Origin: Camelus ferus
Taxonomy: Eukaryota
Assembly (NCBI RefSeq): GCF_009834535.1
Contig: NC_045696.1
Coordinates: 44,766,001 to 44,830,000, forward strand
Direction of reading: 5' to 3'
Length of the DNA: 64,000 nucleotides
In this document: positions 1-12,695 of the stretch, piece by piece
How the letters are laid out: each line of letters opens with the position of its first letter
Position numbering within the stretch: the stretch's first letter is position 1
Notes under the pieces: model-generated
The model's input: only the letters and a program-made list of their open reading frames with translations
What the model was told of the DNA's origin: nothing
The model's database searches: none
Position numbers and translations under genes: made by a program

Positions 1-830
1 TATTATGTGATTGATTTGCAAATATGGAGCCATCCTTACATCCCTAGAATAAACCCAATTTATAATGGTATATGGTCCTTTTAATGCATTGTTGAATTTG
101 GTTTGATAATGTTTTGTTGGGGATTTTTACACATATGTTCATCAGGGATATTAGCCTGTAATTTTCTTTTTTGATAGTGTCTTTATTTGGTTATGGCATC
201 AGGATAATGCTGCCCATGTAGAATAACTTTGGGAATGTTCCTTCCTTTTCAATTTTTTGGAATAATTTGAGAAGGATAGGGATTATCTTTTCTTTAAATG
301 TTTGATAGAATTCACCTGTGAAGCCATCTGATTCTGGACTTTGTTTGGTGAGAGTTTTTTGATTACTGATTCAGTTTCATTACTAGTGATTAGCCCGCTT
401 AGATTTTTATTTCTTCCTGGTTCAGTTATGGAAGATTGTATATTTCTAGGGATGTATCCATTTCTCCTAAGTTGTCCAGTTTCTTGGTATATAATTGTTC
501 ATAGTAATCTCTTATGATTTTTTGTACTTCTGTAGTGTCAGCTATAACTTTTCCTCTTTCATTTCTGATTTTTTTTACTTGGACCCCCTCTTTTTTTATT
601 TTCTTGATGAGTCTGGCTAAAGGTTTATCAATTTTGTTTATCTTTTAAAAGAAACAATTTTTAGTTTTATTGCTCTTTTCTACTTTTTTTAGACTCTATT
701 TCATTCTTCCCACTCTGATCTGTATTGTTTTCTTCCTTCTGCTAACTTTGGGCTTTGTTTGTTCTTTTTTTTTTTTTTGCCCCCTTGTACCTTTAATTAT
801 AAGGTTAGATTGTTTATTTGAGATTTTACT
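1..830 (-). mobile_element. LINE-1 fragment, ORF2 region between endonuclease and RT, degenerate; runs off the window start
   Basis: Antisense L1 ORF2 hallmarks: 'atgttcatcagggatattagcctgtaattttcttttt', 'tagaattcacctgtgaagccatctg', 'gtctggctaaaggtttatcaattttgtttatctttt', 'ttccttctgctaactttggg'. No long ORF. Confidence 0.93.
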
Positions 831-3800
831 TTAAATAAACAAAAATATTGACCAAACTTAAAAAAATCAATTCAAAAAGGCCCAAAATACATCTTAATAT
901 TTGTTCTGAAGATGAAAAACTAATTTAAAATGCCATGACTATCTAAATCAGGATCCTGCAGTGTCCAAAGTATTTATCTTCAAAATTAGAACCAAAATGG
1001 TTAGTAATATTATTTTAGCTTATATATACTTTTAAAAAGTACTCATGCTTTTTATCTTTCTCTTCTTTTAGCTTAATTTTTTTAAAAGATAAGTAGGCAG
1101 GTAATCAATCACTGATACAGTTTTATATCATAATAAATCATGACATCAGTCTGTTTTATCTTAGCAAATATGAATAATGACCTATCTTTGAGAATATTGA
1201 AAGCTACACTAGAAAGAAGTTTATATATATGTGTGTGTATGCATATATGTAAATAACTCATACATTCCAAGTACATCCAGGAAACAACTAACCGTTTATT
1301 TGATGTATGATGTATGAAATAAATTATTTGTGTGACCTTCATTCATCTTAGTCTTTAAGAGATAATAGTATTTATAATGAGCTTAAAGAGCAACAACAAC
1401 AAAAATAATTGGAGAAATTAACATTGGAGACATATATAAATTAAGTCACTCCATCACATAATTGCTACATATTCAGATGCAATACATGTTGGTTAAGTAA
1501 TACAGAAACAGGTAATTTTTATCTTTAAAATTTGGAAGGATTAACTAAGAAGGAAAGATGTAAAAGGGTTGTAATTTCAGTGCAGGAGTGGATTTCAGAA
1601 TTTCAAGTGATGATTTGAATATATTTTTAAAGGTAAATCATCACCTGTCTTATTAAAAAGAAGACAAGTTTATGTTTATAATTTTTAAAAATAGAATTCT
1701 CCAAGTTCTGGCATGTTTTTGACAAGTTCTCTGCTTTTGTTACCAAATAATGCTGGTGTTTGGCAGTGGAATGGGGAGCAGTCTTCCTTTATAGCACTGT
1801 TACCAATAAACACATGTGCAGAATGAAAGGATACATTTATTTTTCTCTTTATAATGTTCTAAGGAGTATACCAAAAATATGAGGAGGAAGATGTTTGATA
1901 ATCTTGATTATATCTTTTCATATAGATTTCTAGATTTCCACAATTGGATGTGTTTAACATGAACACTTGATATATAGACATCACTGCGAACAACAAAAAG
2001 CAGTTGTAATTGTGAAGTTCTAATGGTATAGGAGACACTGTTCTTCTTATAGAGGAGAGGTTAGTTATTTAATTTCATCTGAATCTGAACTGTGTTTCAG
2101 TAACATCCTGAAGGCATTTCAATTCTAATTTAGAGAATTTTTTTCCTGATTAATGTAAAATAATTTTCTATATATATGAAATACATAGTATTTTACACAT
2201 TCGTTCTTCCTGTTTATAAAACTTTCAACTTGAGGGCTTTATAAATGGTAGAAATATGGTAAATAAATAATAATAATATGTGAGTGAGACAGAGAGACCT
2301 GCACTTTCTCATCAATTTTAAGCAATTTTCACCTATACATAATATAATATATATGCATAAATATTGGGTATTGTCTGATTATTTGTCATTGATCTGATGA
2401 AATTCCTTTCAGCTAAGAAAAAAATGTCATTTTTAGTTCTTTAGACTTCATTAAAATAAACAATTCAAGTAATCTTCTGAATCCCTTTACAGCCAACAGC
2501 TCTGTGACATCTTGCCTCCACACGTGGTACTGCCTTTTTAGCCAATTCCAGCTCAGAGAGATGAGTAACCATGGCTCCATCCAGTTTTCCACATGACATC
2601 TGTGGCAACAGAGGCATTCACAGGACCTCTCTCCTGGAGAGCACTCCCTTGGGTGGAGCTTGAATTTCTGTAAGAAAATCATTGACACAGGAATCCAATC
2701 AGGACTCTGCATTAGGACTAGATGCTGCCAAGGCTCAGATGCTGACAAGGCCATGTTTCTTATCTCTGGGGTTTCCTGCCCTTCCCCCATGAAGCTCGGT
2801 TCCTCCAGGCTGGCAGGAAACTCGCCTCTGGACCAGAGGGTGACAGACTCCCTTTGATGACGAGCATCCCCCAGCACAGGGAGCAGGCTCTTGCTATTCA
2901 TTGAGCTACACAGCTGTGGCAACGGGAGCCCACCCGGGGGGGGTCAAAATGGGGGGCAGGGCTTAGTACAAGCAAAAGGGAAGGCAGTTTAAGCACAGAT
3001 GAACTGCTTTCAGCTTTGTGAATTGATCTTCCCCCAGTTGCCCTGATCTAAGATCCACCCTTTATTTTACTGAAACTTCATAGCTGTAAAATGACCATCT
3101 TTTCCATAGGCTCATATGAAAAAATAATACCATGCTTTCACACCTCAGAAGACATTTTCATACATAAATAGCTTGGTGGATCTTTGGCATTACTGTTTTC
3201 ACAACTGTATGTTCTCTCTTTCTTACTAAACCCTGGGTTCAGTGTGAAATTGATTCTTACTGATTAATCTTCAATACTATTTATGCTTTGTCTGACTGCA
3301 GGTTGTGTGGAGTAATAATAATAATAATTTGGTGGACTTTTCATCTTTTTGGGGAGCAGAAAGCTTGCATATTTAATGAATAAACTGCTCAAATCTTGAA
3401 GGAATACAGGCATGTTCACCAGGCATTTTTAGAAGGACATGAAAGAGAATCTGCAGCAGGTGGCTCTTTCCAGCCAAGCAAAGCTTCAAACGTACGTAAG
3501 AGTTAATTCAACTCCATAAATGAATATGCTAATCAGGGCACAATTTATCTCTGAAGAAACGTATTTATTGTGTCTGCTATTTGATTAGATGGCTTCAATG
3601 TTCAATTAATCAGTTACCTCTCAATATCATTCCTGAGAGCTGCTTAATTAATCTGTTGCACTGCAACCCTATTCATTCTACTAGCTATCCCTCGTCCCAT
3701 TTCAAATGACAAAACCCAGGAACTGTGCCATGTAAAGACTTTATGTCAATGTCAGATGAAGGTTGATAAGTAGCTGACTTTTTCTGTTATTAGGTTAATC

Positions 3801-4639
3801 AAACCAATCATCCTTATAGAATTTACATTTGTCAAAACATTTTAATGGGCTAAAGCAATGAGAAATAGAGGAAGAAAATCACCAAGAGAATGGTGACATT
3901 GTTTGTATACCTCAAAGGCAGTACACTACTTTCATCTAATGGATTGTTTTCTCATCTTTTTCCAAATGATGAATTTTTAAAATGCTGTTGATTGAACCCA
4001 AAGTCATCTATTTAGCTCTACCACATCTCTCATTAACAAATAAAGCATGGTAGTTCCTTGAGTCTTTGAAGCAAAATGTGTTCTAAATGTTTGCTGCCTT
4101 CTGGACACTACTTACGGCTTCACAAATGCTATTAATAATAGTTCCATGAATATGTACCACAAATTTACCAGTTTAAAGGTGCTTCATGTATAACACAGGG
4201 TAGCCACTCCAAGTTGAGGTATTCCACCAATAAAATCACAGAGTCATGGTATTATCCTCTCCTTATCTGCTTCCTATTCTTGAAATGTCTCTTTTCTTTC
4301 ATTCTTTTCCTCCTGATACTGACAGAGACTCCGTAGTGTCCACCGGTGTCATTCCTTTTTGCTCTGCAGAAGCGGAGGCGTTTTGGTAGAAGTTCTGCCA
4401 AAGTTGGTATGGGAATTTCATATCATTCTTCTTCATCTTCTCAGTACCCTAGACCAGTTTTCATCTTCCAACACCACCTCACATGGGCCCACTTAACATT
4501 CCAAAAAGGACTTAAAATACTTTGGATCAATCACTGTTACCCCACATAACTTCTAAAATAAAATGTCATGAAAGTATACAGCAGTTTTTCTTTAGTTGCG
4601 TGGTGCCACAAGCCCCTTTGAGAAAACAAACAGTAATAA

Positions 4640-4825
4640 GAATAATATCTGTACTATAATTGAGTACTTTTAATTTGCCAGGTATAATTTTAACTTTTAC
4701 ATAAAATATATATTATTTCATTTAATATTACTTTAAATCATTCCTATGTGCTAGTTATTTTTCCCATTATACACATGAGAAAACCAAGACACAGGGAGAT
4801 TAAATGACTTGCTCAAGAGTACATA
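4640..4825 (-). mobile_element. MIR SINE relic
   Basis: 'cccattatacacatgagaaaaccaagacacagggagattaaatgacttgctcaag' matches the antisense MIR core. Confidence 0.8.
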
Positions 4826-4994
4826 CCTGCTGTATTAAACGGGAGATGACATTATATTTATAACTTTTAAAATGTGATACGGAAAATTCTAGCAGGTTTA
4901 TGACTTTGCTTTTATCAACTAATCCTATAACCAAATAATACTTTTCTTAACTTATTCATACTCTTAGAGACGAACCACAAAATTATCCAAGAGA

Positions 4995-5260
4995 TTATCT
5001 ATTACTTTTCATTTAGTGGCAACCAAGGGCAAACTATTTTAAGCTAAAAAGATAATTCATTGGCTTGGACTGCTAGGAAGTACAAGGGTACACAGATGGC
5101 CTTAGGCATGGCTGGATCCAGGTACTGAAATATGTCATCAGGATATTCTCTCTTCCAACCTCTCAATATGCTTTCCTCTGTTTAACTTCATTTTTTGACA
5201 TGGGCAGCTGAATATGTCAAATGTTTAGAAGATGGATCCTGAGTCAGTTGGCTTATATTT
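4995..5260 (-). mobile_element. MaLR LTR relic (MLT1J/K-like)
   Basis: 'cttaggcatggctggatccaggtactgaaatatgtcatcagg' resembles a characteristic motif of old MLT1 LTRs. Subfamily is from recall. Confidence 0.65.
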
Positions 5261-5367
5261 TGGTCCTGGTTCCTTCATTTATTAACTCATAGTATCCAGT
5301 GATATTCCATGAGAAAGGGAAGTTCTGAAGAAGTTCTTCATCGTTGTTTACTTCTAGATAGCAACTG

Positions 5368-5418
5368 GAAAGGCGTTGACACACAGTACATGCTCATTAA
5401 AACTTGCTGAATGAATGA
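5368..5418 (+). mobile_element. L2 3' tail remnant
   Basis: 'cacacagtacatgctcattaaaacttgctgaatgaatga' resembles the L2 terminus. Confidence 0.5.
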
Positions 5419-6161
5419 CATCATGTAACAACAATCACTGGTTCAGTTATTGAAAGAGGTTAAGACAAACCCAAACCCCTTTTAAGATATTTAAACTAAA
5501 ATGTTATTCATAAGCTTGGTTGGGTGTACAGTGATATTTTACCCAAGTTCTGATTTCAGTAAAAAATATTTATTAGAGATGATAAGTTCAAAATATAGAA
5601 AAGGCAATGTACACAGGAATGACAAAGTATAAACTGAATGATTTAAAAAGTCATGGATTGCCAATGACAAGATGCACACACATATGGGTAATTACTCACT
5701 AAACTGAGCCTTTACAAATAATTTCAGTGTTACATTAGGTACAAAGCATCCTTTCCTGCTGTTTTTCTATGCATTTTCAGCAAAAGTATATTCATAGTTT
5801 GTGTAATAATTCTTTATCCAAGCTTGAATAAGACTCATAAAGCAGCTACATGGGGTTTCCCTGGACTCCTATTTGTGTTTTACATGTGGATATGCAGTCA
5901 GCCTAAACTTATGCAAGTATAGAAAGGTGATATTTTTCTTCTTAAATGAGATAGTAGTGCCCTTAAGTAGAATTTTTAGCTACATTATATTAAAATGAAA
6001 GTATTTCTAAGTCAAACACGTGAAAGCGTCTGCTTATTATGGACTTCAGGGAAAAACAATTCCAGTTAGGCAAGTTTCCTCTTTATGTAAAGGTTTGTGA
6101 GCTTATTAACACAAATATTTACACAAATAGTCACATATATGTTTAAAATTAACCATTTTTT

Positions 6162-6443
6162 AAAAAGGGCACAAATGGACTTATTTACAAAACAGAATCA
6201 CAGACAGAAAACAATCCAGTGGGGGATAATTGGGAGTTTCAGATTTGTAGATACTAACGACTATATATAAAATAGATAAACAACAAGGTCCTACTATATA
6301 GCACAAGGAACTATATTCACTACCTTGTAATGGCCTATAATGAAAATGGATATAAAAAAGGAATATATATATATATGAATCCCTATGCTGTAGACCAAAA
6401 ATTAACAGAACATTGTAAATTGACTATACGTCAGTTAAAAAAA
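6162..6443 (+). mobile_element. LINE-1 3' UTR, 5'-truncated, artiodactyl/camelid-type
   Basis: 'ttatttacaaaacagaatcacagac...aaatagataaacaacaaggtcctactatatagcacaaggaactatattc...cattgtaaattgactatac' followed by an A-tail. It is homologous to the reverse complement of the 3' ends at 9167 and 62674. Confidence 0.9.
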
Positions 6444-6989
6444 TGATCTGAGTATTCAAAAATAATGTGTTTTATTATTTAAAGCATGCAGAGTTTAAAC
6501 CTTTCTTAGTGATTGGGGTGGGCATCATGAATATCAGTTTCACACTGATGCACTTAGGTGTTTGAGGTTGTTTGCTTTAGTTCTAAATGTTACTACTATC
6601 GTGACCCCCATTACAGTTATTTACTTATCTATACCCTGCCTTATATTAAAGAACTTAATATTTCTCACAAAATACATCTTAAAAGACTTTAAAATAATGG
6701 TGAGAAAACAAGGTAATCAGGACACAGATAAATTAAGTAAAACCAGTAAGATGAGACCGGAGATGATACTAGTACAAACAAAATGTGTGTTCGGAGGTGC
6801 TATTCATTTGCAGGAGGAAGGCCCAGGTGACCAGCAGCCTACAAAAACAGGTGCCCTGTGTGCAGATGTGCAGAAGGATCAGAATGATTTCTGGTACTGA
6901 GAAAAGCTTTCTGGTGTTCCCATGTCTTCCCATATGCTCTCTAATTCTTCCTGCATGTCCTGCCTCTCCTCCCCAGCTTACTCAAAGCA

Positions 6990-7227
6990 CTGCCCAGAAA
7001 TCCCTAGAATGGCATTGTTAGGTGCCCCTCCTCCATAGGACTTTCATTTAAGTGCTATCATTGCACTTACAACGTTGTATTGCAATTATGTGTTTACTCA
7101 TCTTCCTGCTCCATGGCTTTGAAAGCTCCTTAATAGTGACGGCTCTATGTTATTCATCATATTTTATCTCCAAAACCTAGCACAATCTGGAAAATTACAA
7201 AGTATCTGTATATCCTGAATGAATGAA
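6990..7227 (+). mobile_element. L2 3' end relic
   Basis: 'aagctccttaatagtgacggctctatgttattcatc...cctagcacaatctgg...tgaatgaatgaa'. Confidence 0.7.
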
Positions 7228-7483
7228 AGGGTATGGTGCCTAAAGAACCTCTTAAACAACATACATTATAAAAAATAAACAGATAAAAAGCTAGTTTCCT
7301 AGAGCTGTTTCTTAAATACATGCAGTTTAGAAAAATGCCAAGCTGTATAGCTAAACCAACACACTGCAGCCCAGCATCGCATCTAGGGGACTCATTTAAC
7401 TCAGAGATAAGTTTTAAATGAATGGTTGGATTTCGAGTCATTGTACAATCTTCAGAAGTTCTTTCACCCAGATGCTTCGTACA

Positions 7484-8309
7484 CAGTAGTCCCTCAGTGG
7501 GTGCCTGAACTGCTATAGTACAGAACCTTGTGTGTACTATGTTTTTCCCTATACATACATATGATAAAGTTTAATTTATAAATCAGGCACAGTAAGAGAT
7601 GAACAACAACAATAATAAAGTAGAACAATTATAACAGTATATGGTAATAAAAGTTATGTGAATGTGGTCTCTCTCCCTCAAAATATCTTACTGTACAGAT
7701 TTAATGTTTTTTCCACCTTAACTTAGCACTTATCCCCACACTGTGGCCATAACTTTTACAGCTTGAGGTGTGACAGCAAAGCTAAAATGAATTTCTTTTT
7801 CTTTCTTCACAATTTCAGGGATAAAAGATTCCTTCTTATCAGAGAGATATCTTAGCAACCACCACACAATTTTTTTCTTTGCTTATTAAGTCAAGAACTT
7901 TCACCTTTTCACTTAAAGGAAATACTTCATAAGCTTCTCTTTAGCATGTCTGATTGCCAGCATCACTACTTTGGTGCTTTGGGACCATTATTAAGTAAAA
8001 TGAGGGTTACTTGAAACACAAGCATTGGGATACCTCAGCAGTCAATCTGATCACTCTGAGTTAGGCTACTAAGTGATTAACTACTGAGTGACTAATATGC
8101 TGGATATGCTGGACAAAAGGATGATTCATGTGGCGGTTGGGATGGAGCAGGATGGTTCAAGAGTTCATCACACTGTACAGAACAGCCAGCAATTTAAAAT
8201 TTATGAATGGTTTATTTCTGACATTTTCCACTTAATATTTTCAGACTAAGGTTGATCAAGAGTAACTAAAACCACGGAAATCTAAACTGCAGGTAAGCGG
8301 GGACTACTG
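7484..8309 (-). mobile_element. TcMar-Tigger DNA transposon, Tigger7/MER44-type internal-deletion derivative
   Basis: Terminal inverted repeats 'cagtagtccc' (7484) and 'gggactactg' (ending 8309), with TA immediately to the right. The minus strand from 7988 reads as a decayed transposase N-terminus (MVPKHQSSDAGN...PLSEKVKVLDLI). Confidence 0.9.
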
Positions 8310-8784
8310 TATATTAAGCAGTATTAAGTTCGTGGTTATTTTCCCTGCAAACTACCTAGAAAGCAGTGGTTCTATGCTGCTCCTTTAAATGAGGGGCCAT
8401 GTACTTTACCCGTTAGTGAAATTGAGTGTACCATTGACTTTTGTTCAAAAACCAGACATCTGTGGGACAAGGCAGAATTCTACTTCAGAACCTAGAGATA
8501 TGTTAAATGTCATTAAGCATGTCAGAAATAAAGACTGCTATAGTTGTGGGGTTTTTAATGTTTGGGGGGGGGCTCTCCTTCTTTAATTAAGCTATTGGCT
8601 ATCATTTCTTAAGTGCTTACTGTGAACACCTACCTACTCCAAAATTTCAGTTTCTAGTTTAAGTTGAATTGGTAAGCTAGATATTTAGGCTTATTTTTAA
8701 ATTATCTAAATGAAAATAAGATGAACCTCAAATAGGTACCTGAGGAATTTCTGCTGAATGTGTGGCGGCTAAGGTGGATATTAT

Positions 8785-10350
8785 ACCTGCTTTTCTTTCT
8801 GGATTCCCTACCTGGACGAAGGGCACCAAAAGCTACTCAGTTATCCAAACCGCAAACCTGAAAAATATTTGCATATTTGAGCTCTCTCTTATCTCTTCAT
8901 ATCCAGTTATTCACCAAGCTGTGCCATTTAACTTCTGAAATAGCTCCACTTCAGTTTTTCAACTGTCGCTTTATTTGGGTTCATATCATCTCACATGGAC
9001 TACAGCAGGGATGTCCTGTCTGGTCTTTCTGCCTTTCATCTCACCCCCTCTAATCTAAACACCACACTCACCTCTTGGAGACTTCTCCCAAATGCAAATC
9101 CTTCTATACATCTGCAACACCCTTGGGATAAAAGCCAAACTCCTCATTCACTCATCATTCACAAAACTTTTTTTTTAATTAATGAAGTATCATCAGTTTA
9201 CAATGTGTCAATTTCTGGTGTACAGCATAATAGTTCAGTCATACATATACATACATATATTCATTTTTATATTTTTTTCATTGTAGGCTACTACAAGATA
9301 TTGAATATAGTTCCATGTGCTATGCAGTAGAAACTTGTTGTTTAGCTATTGTATACATAATAGTTAGTGTCTGGAAATCTCAAATTCTCAATTTATCCCT
9401 TCTTACCCCCATCATTCCCCCAGTAACCATAAGTTTGTTTTCTGTGTCTGTGAGTCTGTTTCTGTATTGTAAATAAGTTCGTCTTTTTTTTTTTTTTTTT
9501 TGATTCTACATATAAGTGATATCACAAGGTATTTTTCTTTCTCTTTCTGGCTTTTACTTCACTTAGAATGACAATCTCCAGGTCCATCCATGTTGCTGCA
9601 AATGGCATTATTTTATTCTTTTTTATGCTGAGTAGTATTCCATTGTATAAATATACCACCAACTTCTTCATCCAGTCATCTGTTGATGGACATTTAGGTT
9701 GTTTCCATGTCTTAGCTCTTGTATATAGTGCTGCTGTGAACATTGTGGTGCTTGTATCTTTTTGAATTAGAGTTCCCTCCAGACATATGCCCAGGAGTGG
9801 TATTGCTAGATCATATGGTAAGTCTGTTTTTAACTTTTTAAGGAATCTTACACAAATTTTTAACACCTATTCTGTACCAGGCACTGTGCTGGGTGCTTAA
9901 CACATATAAAAGCTTTCCAGGATCGTATTTCTTCCCTGCTTCGTCACCTAGCACCCCACACCCCACCCCCAGGTCAGACCCTGTGAGTACACTTATCATT
10001 CAGAGCTACGAACTCTTCCAGAAGGCAGAATGTTCTCTCACAGTTCCAAGCCTCTGCACATCCTGGTACTTCACTCTTTAAGACACATCTCCTTCTCCTG
10101 TGAAAACCTTCTTGGCACACCTGCCCATGCCTGGGCAGAGATAGAAACTTTTCTCTTTGGTGCTCACATAGCCGTATGTTCTACACAGTACTTAAGTGAA
10201 CATTTTAATCTTGATGTTTGTAACTGTTTGTTTCCCTGTATTACTTTATTATTAGACTGTGAAGACAAGGTATTATCTTGTTCATCTTGGTATCCCCGGG
10301 CTTTACAGGGCATCTGACAAATAGTGAATTTGGTTAATGTCTACTGAAAA
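8785..10350 (+). mobile_element. L2 3' region, interrupted at about 9144-9910 by nested insertions
   Basis: L2 motifs 'tatcatctcacatggactacagcag', 'ggataaaagccaaactcct' and 'tagactgtgaagacaagg...ttgttcatcttggtatcccc'. Confidence 0.75.
9167..9850 (-). mobile_element. LINE-1 3' end (ORF2 C-terminus plus 3' UTR), 5'-truncated
   Basis: Poly-T at the left. ORF 9522-9866 reads like the L1 ORF2 C-terminus (LPYDLAIPLLG...[15 protein letters not shown]...MPFAATWMDLE). Imperfect TSD cacaaaactttt / cacaaattttt ending at a TTTT|AA site. Confidence 0.95.
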
Positions 10351-10399
10351 AATTACTGTATGGCCACCTGCCTGCTTTAGATGGGCAATACACTGATGG

Positions 10400-10571
10400 T
10401 GCTACTGTGATACATGCCCTGTTGCACGTCTTGGTTATTTGTAAAATTATTTTCTACCTTTCCTTCCAGTTAGAATGTAAGCCCCTGTAGGGCAGGGAGC
10501 TCTTCTGCTGTGATGCCTAGTAAAAGCCTTTGCACAGACTAAGTACTCAATCCATAATTGTTGAATTGAAT
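10400..10571 (+). mobile_element. L2 3' tail relic
   Basis: 'ttagaatgtaagcccctgtagggcaggg...taagtactcaatccataattgttgaattgaat'. Confidence 0.7.
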
Positions 10572-11913
10572 TTTGAAAGCACTCCAACAAATTTCTCTGC
10601 AGTCTGTTTGAACTTCCAAAATGATGACTTCATTGCCGTGTGCTCGTTAAAGAGGTATAAAGAAGGAACTGGAGAACTTCCTAGGGAAATCATCTCTCCT
10701 CTGAGTTCCTGTTCTCTTCTGGCTTCTTCCCCACTTTGATTGACTAAGCATTAGGCTTGGGCAGAGAAGGGTCAGGAAACTGTGGGAGGAAAAGCTGGAG
10801 CATGCAGTAGAGGCTCCATCGAAATAAAAAAGAAAACTGGATTTTATGATGGCAGAAACAGACTGAAGAAAATTGTTGGAAATATAAATTCAAGGAGCAT
10901 CTTGGGTGAAAGGAGGCAGAATCAGAAAACAGTGTGGAGGGAAGGAAGCAGTTAAAGTGAGGCGGTTTGATAGTCTGTGGTGGATACTCTCTCTGGTATG
11001 ACTAATTGAGAATTGATTGTGCATGTGGAAAGGTTATGTTTTATTAAGGGAAACCTTTTTCCCTTTTGTCTTTATGAAATCCGCCCTTCTGCAGATGTTA
11101 TTCCCTTCTCATACTAAACCCTCATTAATTTATAATTCACCGCATTGCTTTAAAAGTGCTGTGCAGATTTCCTGTTTCTCTCACATACAGTGCTTCTAAT
11201 AAAGTCAAGTAGGATATAGGCTGAAATGCCACTTGTCTTGAGAGCTGCACGCCAGACTTGCTGGTGCCAAAACATTTCACCAATCGCCTCTTAGATCATT
11301 GTAAATGTTTCGAAGTGCCAATTTGCGAGCTCCGTGAAAGTGAATTTGGGCTCTAAAACAACTCTTTTACTGTTGACTATAAATTGACGCTGGTTTCTGG
11401 AATCTGAAATCAAAGCTAAATGGAGTCTCAGTGCGGCTCTGTTAATTTTAAGGACAGGTACCCTCACACAGCGAGGGGCACCATTTCACCAAAGGCAGAC
11501 TCTGAGGGCAGACGTGACAGGCATGGAGAGGAAATGAATCTCTCTCCACCACCCTAACTGTTCTCTCTGCCAGTAAATGTGACAGAACTTGGGAAATCAC
11601 TGGAAACCAAGATGGAGAAGTCAAAATGGCTTTTTCAGTTTCTAATTGCCCAACGTGCCATTAGTGAAGATAGGAAATAAGAAGTAGGTTTAATGCCATT
11701 TTTAAAGTACATGTATCACTTCATTGATATATAGAAAACAGGAAGATAACTTGACAATTTAATGTTGAAAAATTTAAACATCTTAAATATAAACTACCTA
11801 AGACATATACAGATAGACACCTTCAGTCGTTTTAGAGACTTCCAGTAAGTTCGGAGTTTGCGTTGGGGGTTGAAGTGCTGTGTTGGGGTAAGTGTATTGG
11901 CACGGAGTATCAT

Positions 11914-12190
11914 CAAGGGGTAAACTCTCACATATCCCACAGGTTCAAGCCAGGTGGGGATTGACAGTGATATGTGTCTGAACTAAATGGGCAATAGCTA
12001 CTCAGCTTTGATTGATCACTGAAGCTCAGTGGGACCAGATCTTGTATTTTTCCAAGAGAAATGAGAAAACTAATTTTTTTTGTTATGCATTCTCACATAA
12101 ATATCTGCAACTAGCTAAACACTGAAATTTTGTAATGGTCAAATAAAACATGTATATGAGAGTAATTCAGCTACAAGTTTAAGACCTCTA
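11914..12190. mobile_element. hAT-Charlie MITE (MER102-like)
   Basis: 'gctactcagctttgattg...ccagatcttgtatttttccaagagaa...ggtcaaataaaacatg...agtttaagacctct' follows the MER102 layout as I recall it. Confidence 0.65.
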
Positions 12191-12624
12191 GGTTAGAGTC
12201 TTACTGGGGACGTAAGATTTATAACATGCTAAGAAATTCAAAACAAGTATAAGCCATTACATAATTAGATGTTAAATTAAATAAAATGAGGTGTCATTTG
12301 ACACAGTTGTAAATGTGGAAGCAGAGAGATCTGTGTTGGCTGAGGTTAAAGCAGAATTGTATGTGAAGGAGTGTGATATCTGAAACTTAAAGAATGGGTG
12401 GCATCAGTCGCAGGAAGCAGGGTAGGAGAGCATTCTAAGCAAGAAAAGTAGTTTGGAGCCTAGAGATGATAATTTGAGAAGACAGTGAATCACTTACACT
12501 AAGTAAGAACAGAGAAGGGGCTAAAACCATCTCCTCCAACTCCCAATCCATTGTTTTCTCTTCCCTGCTCTACCACCTCCTATCCTGATCTAGGACGAAA
12601 TAGAGGTATTTACTAAGTAAGAAG

Positions 12625-12695
12625 TTAAATACTTACTGAATGCATACTATGTGCCAAGCACTACTTCAGGCTCTAGATGACAGTGCTGTGAATAC
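12625..12695 (-). mobile_element. L2 tail remnant
   Basis: 'aaatacttactgaatgcatactatgtgccaagcact...gctgtgaata'. Confidence 0.6.

Noticed and set aside
1607..1644. 10-bp inverted repeat with a box C-like GTGATGA
   Set aside because: No suitably placed box D, and a stem of this length is expected by chance in 64 kb.
1926..2059. + strand AG...GT exon-like interval
   Set aside because: Stops in all three frames, and the splice signals alone are not discriminating.
2413..2922. 169-aa minus-strand ORF
   Set aside because: Non-ATG start in the track, no recognisable domain, and it lies in a GC-richer, possibly LTR-derived block where long chance ORFs are expected.
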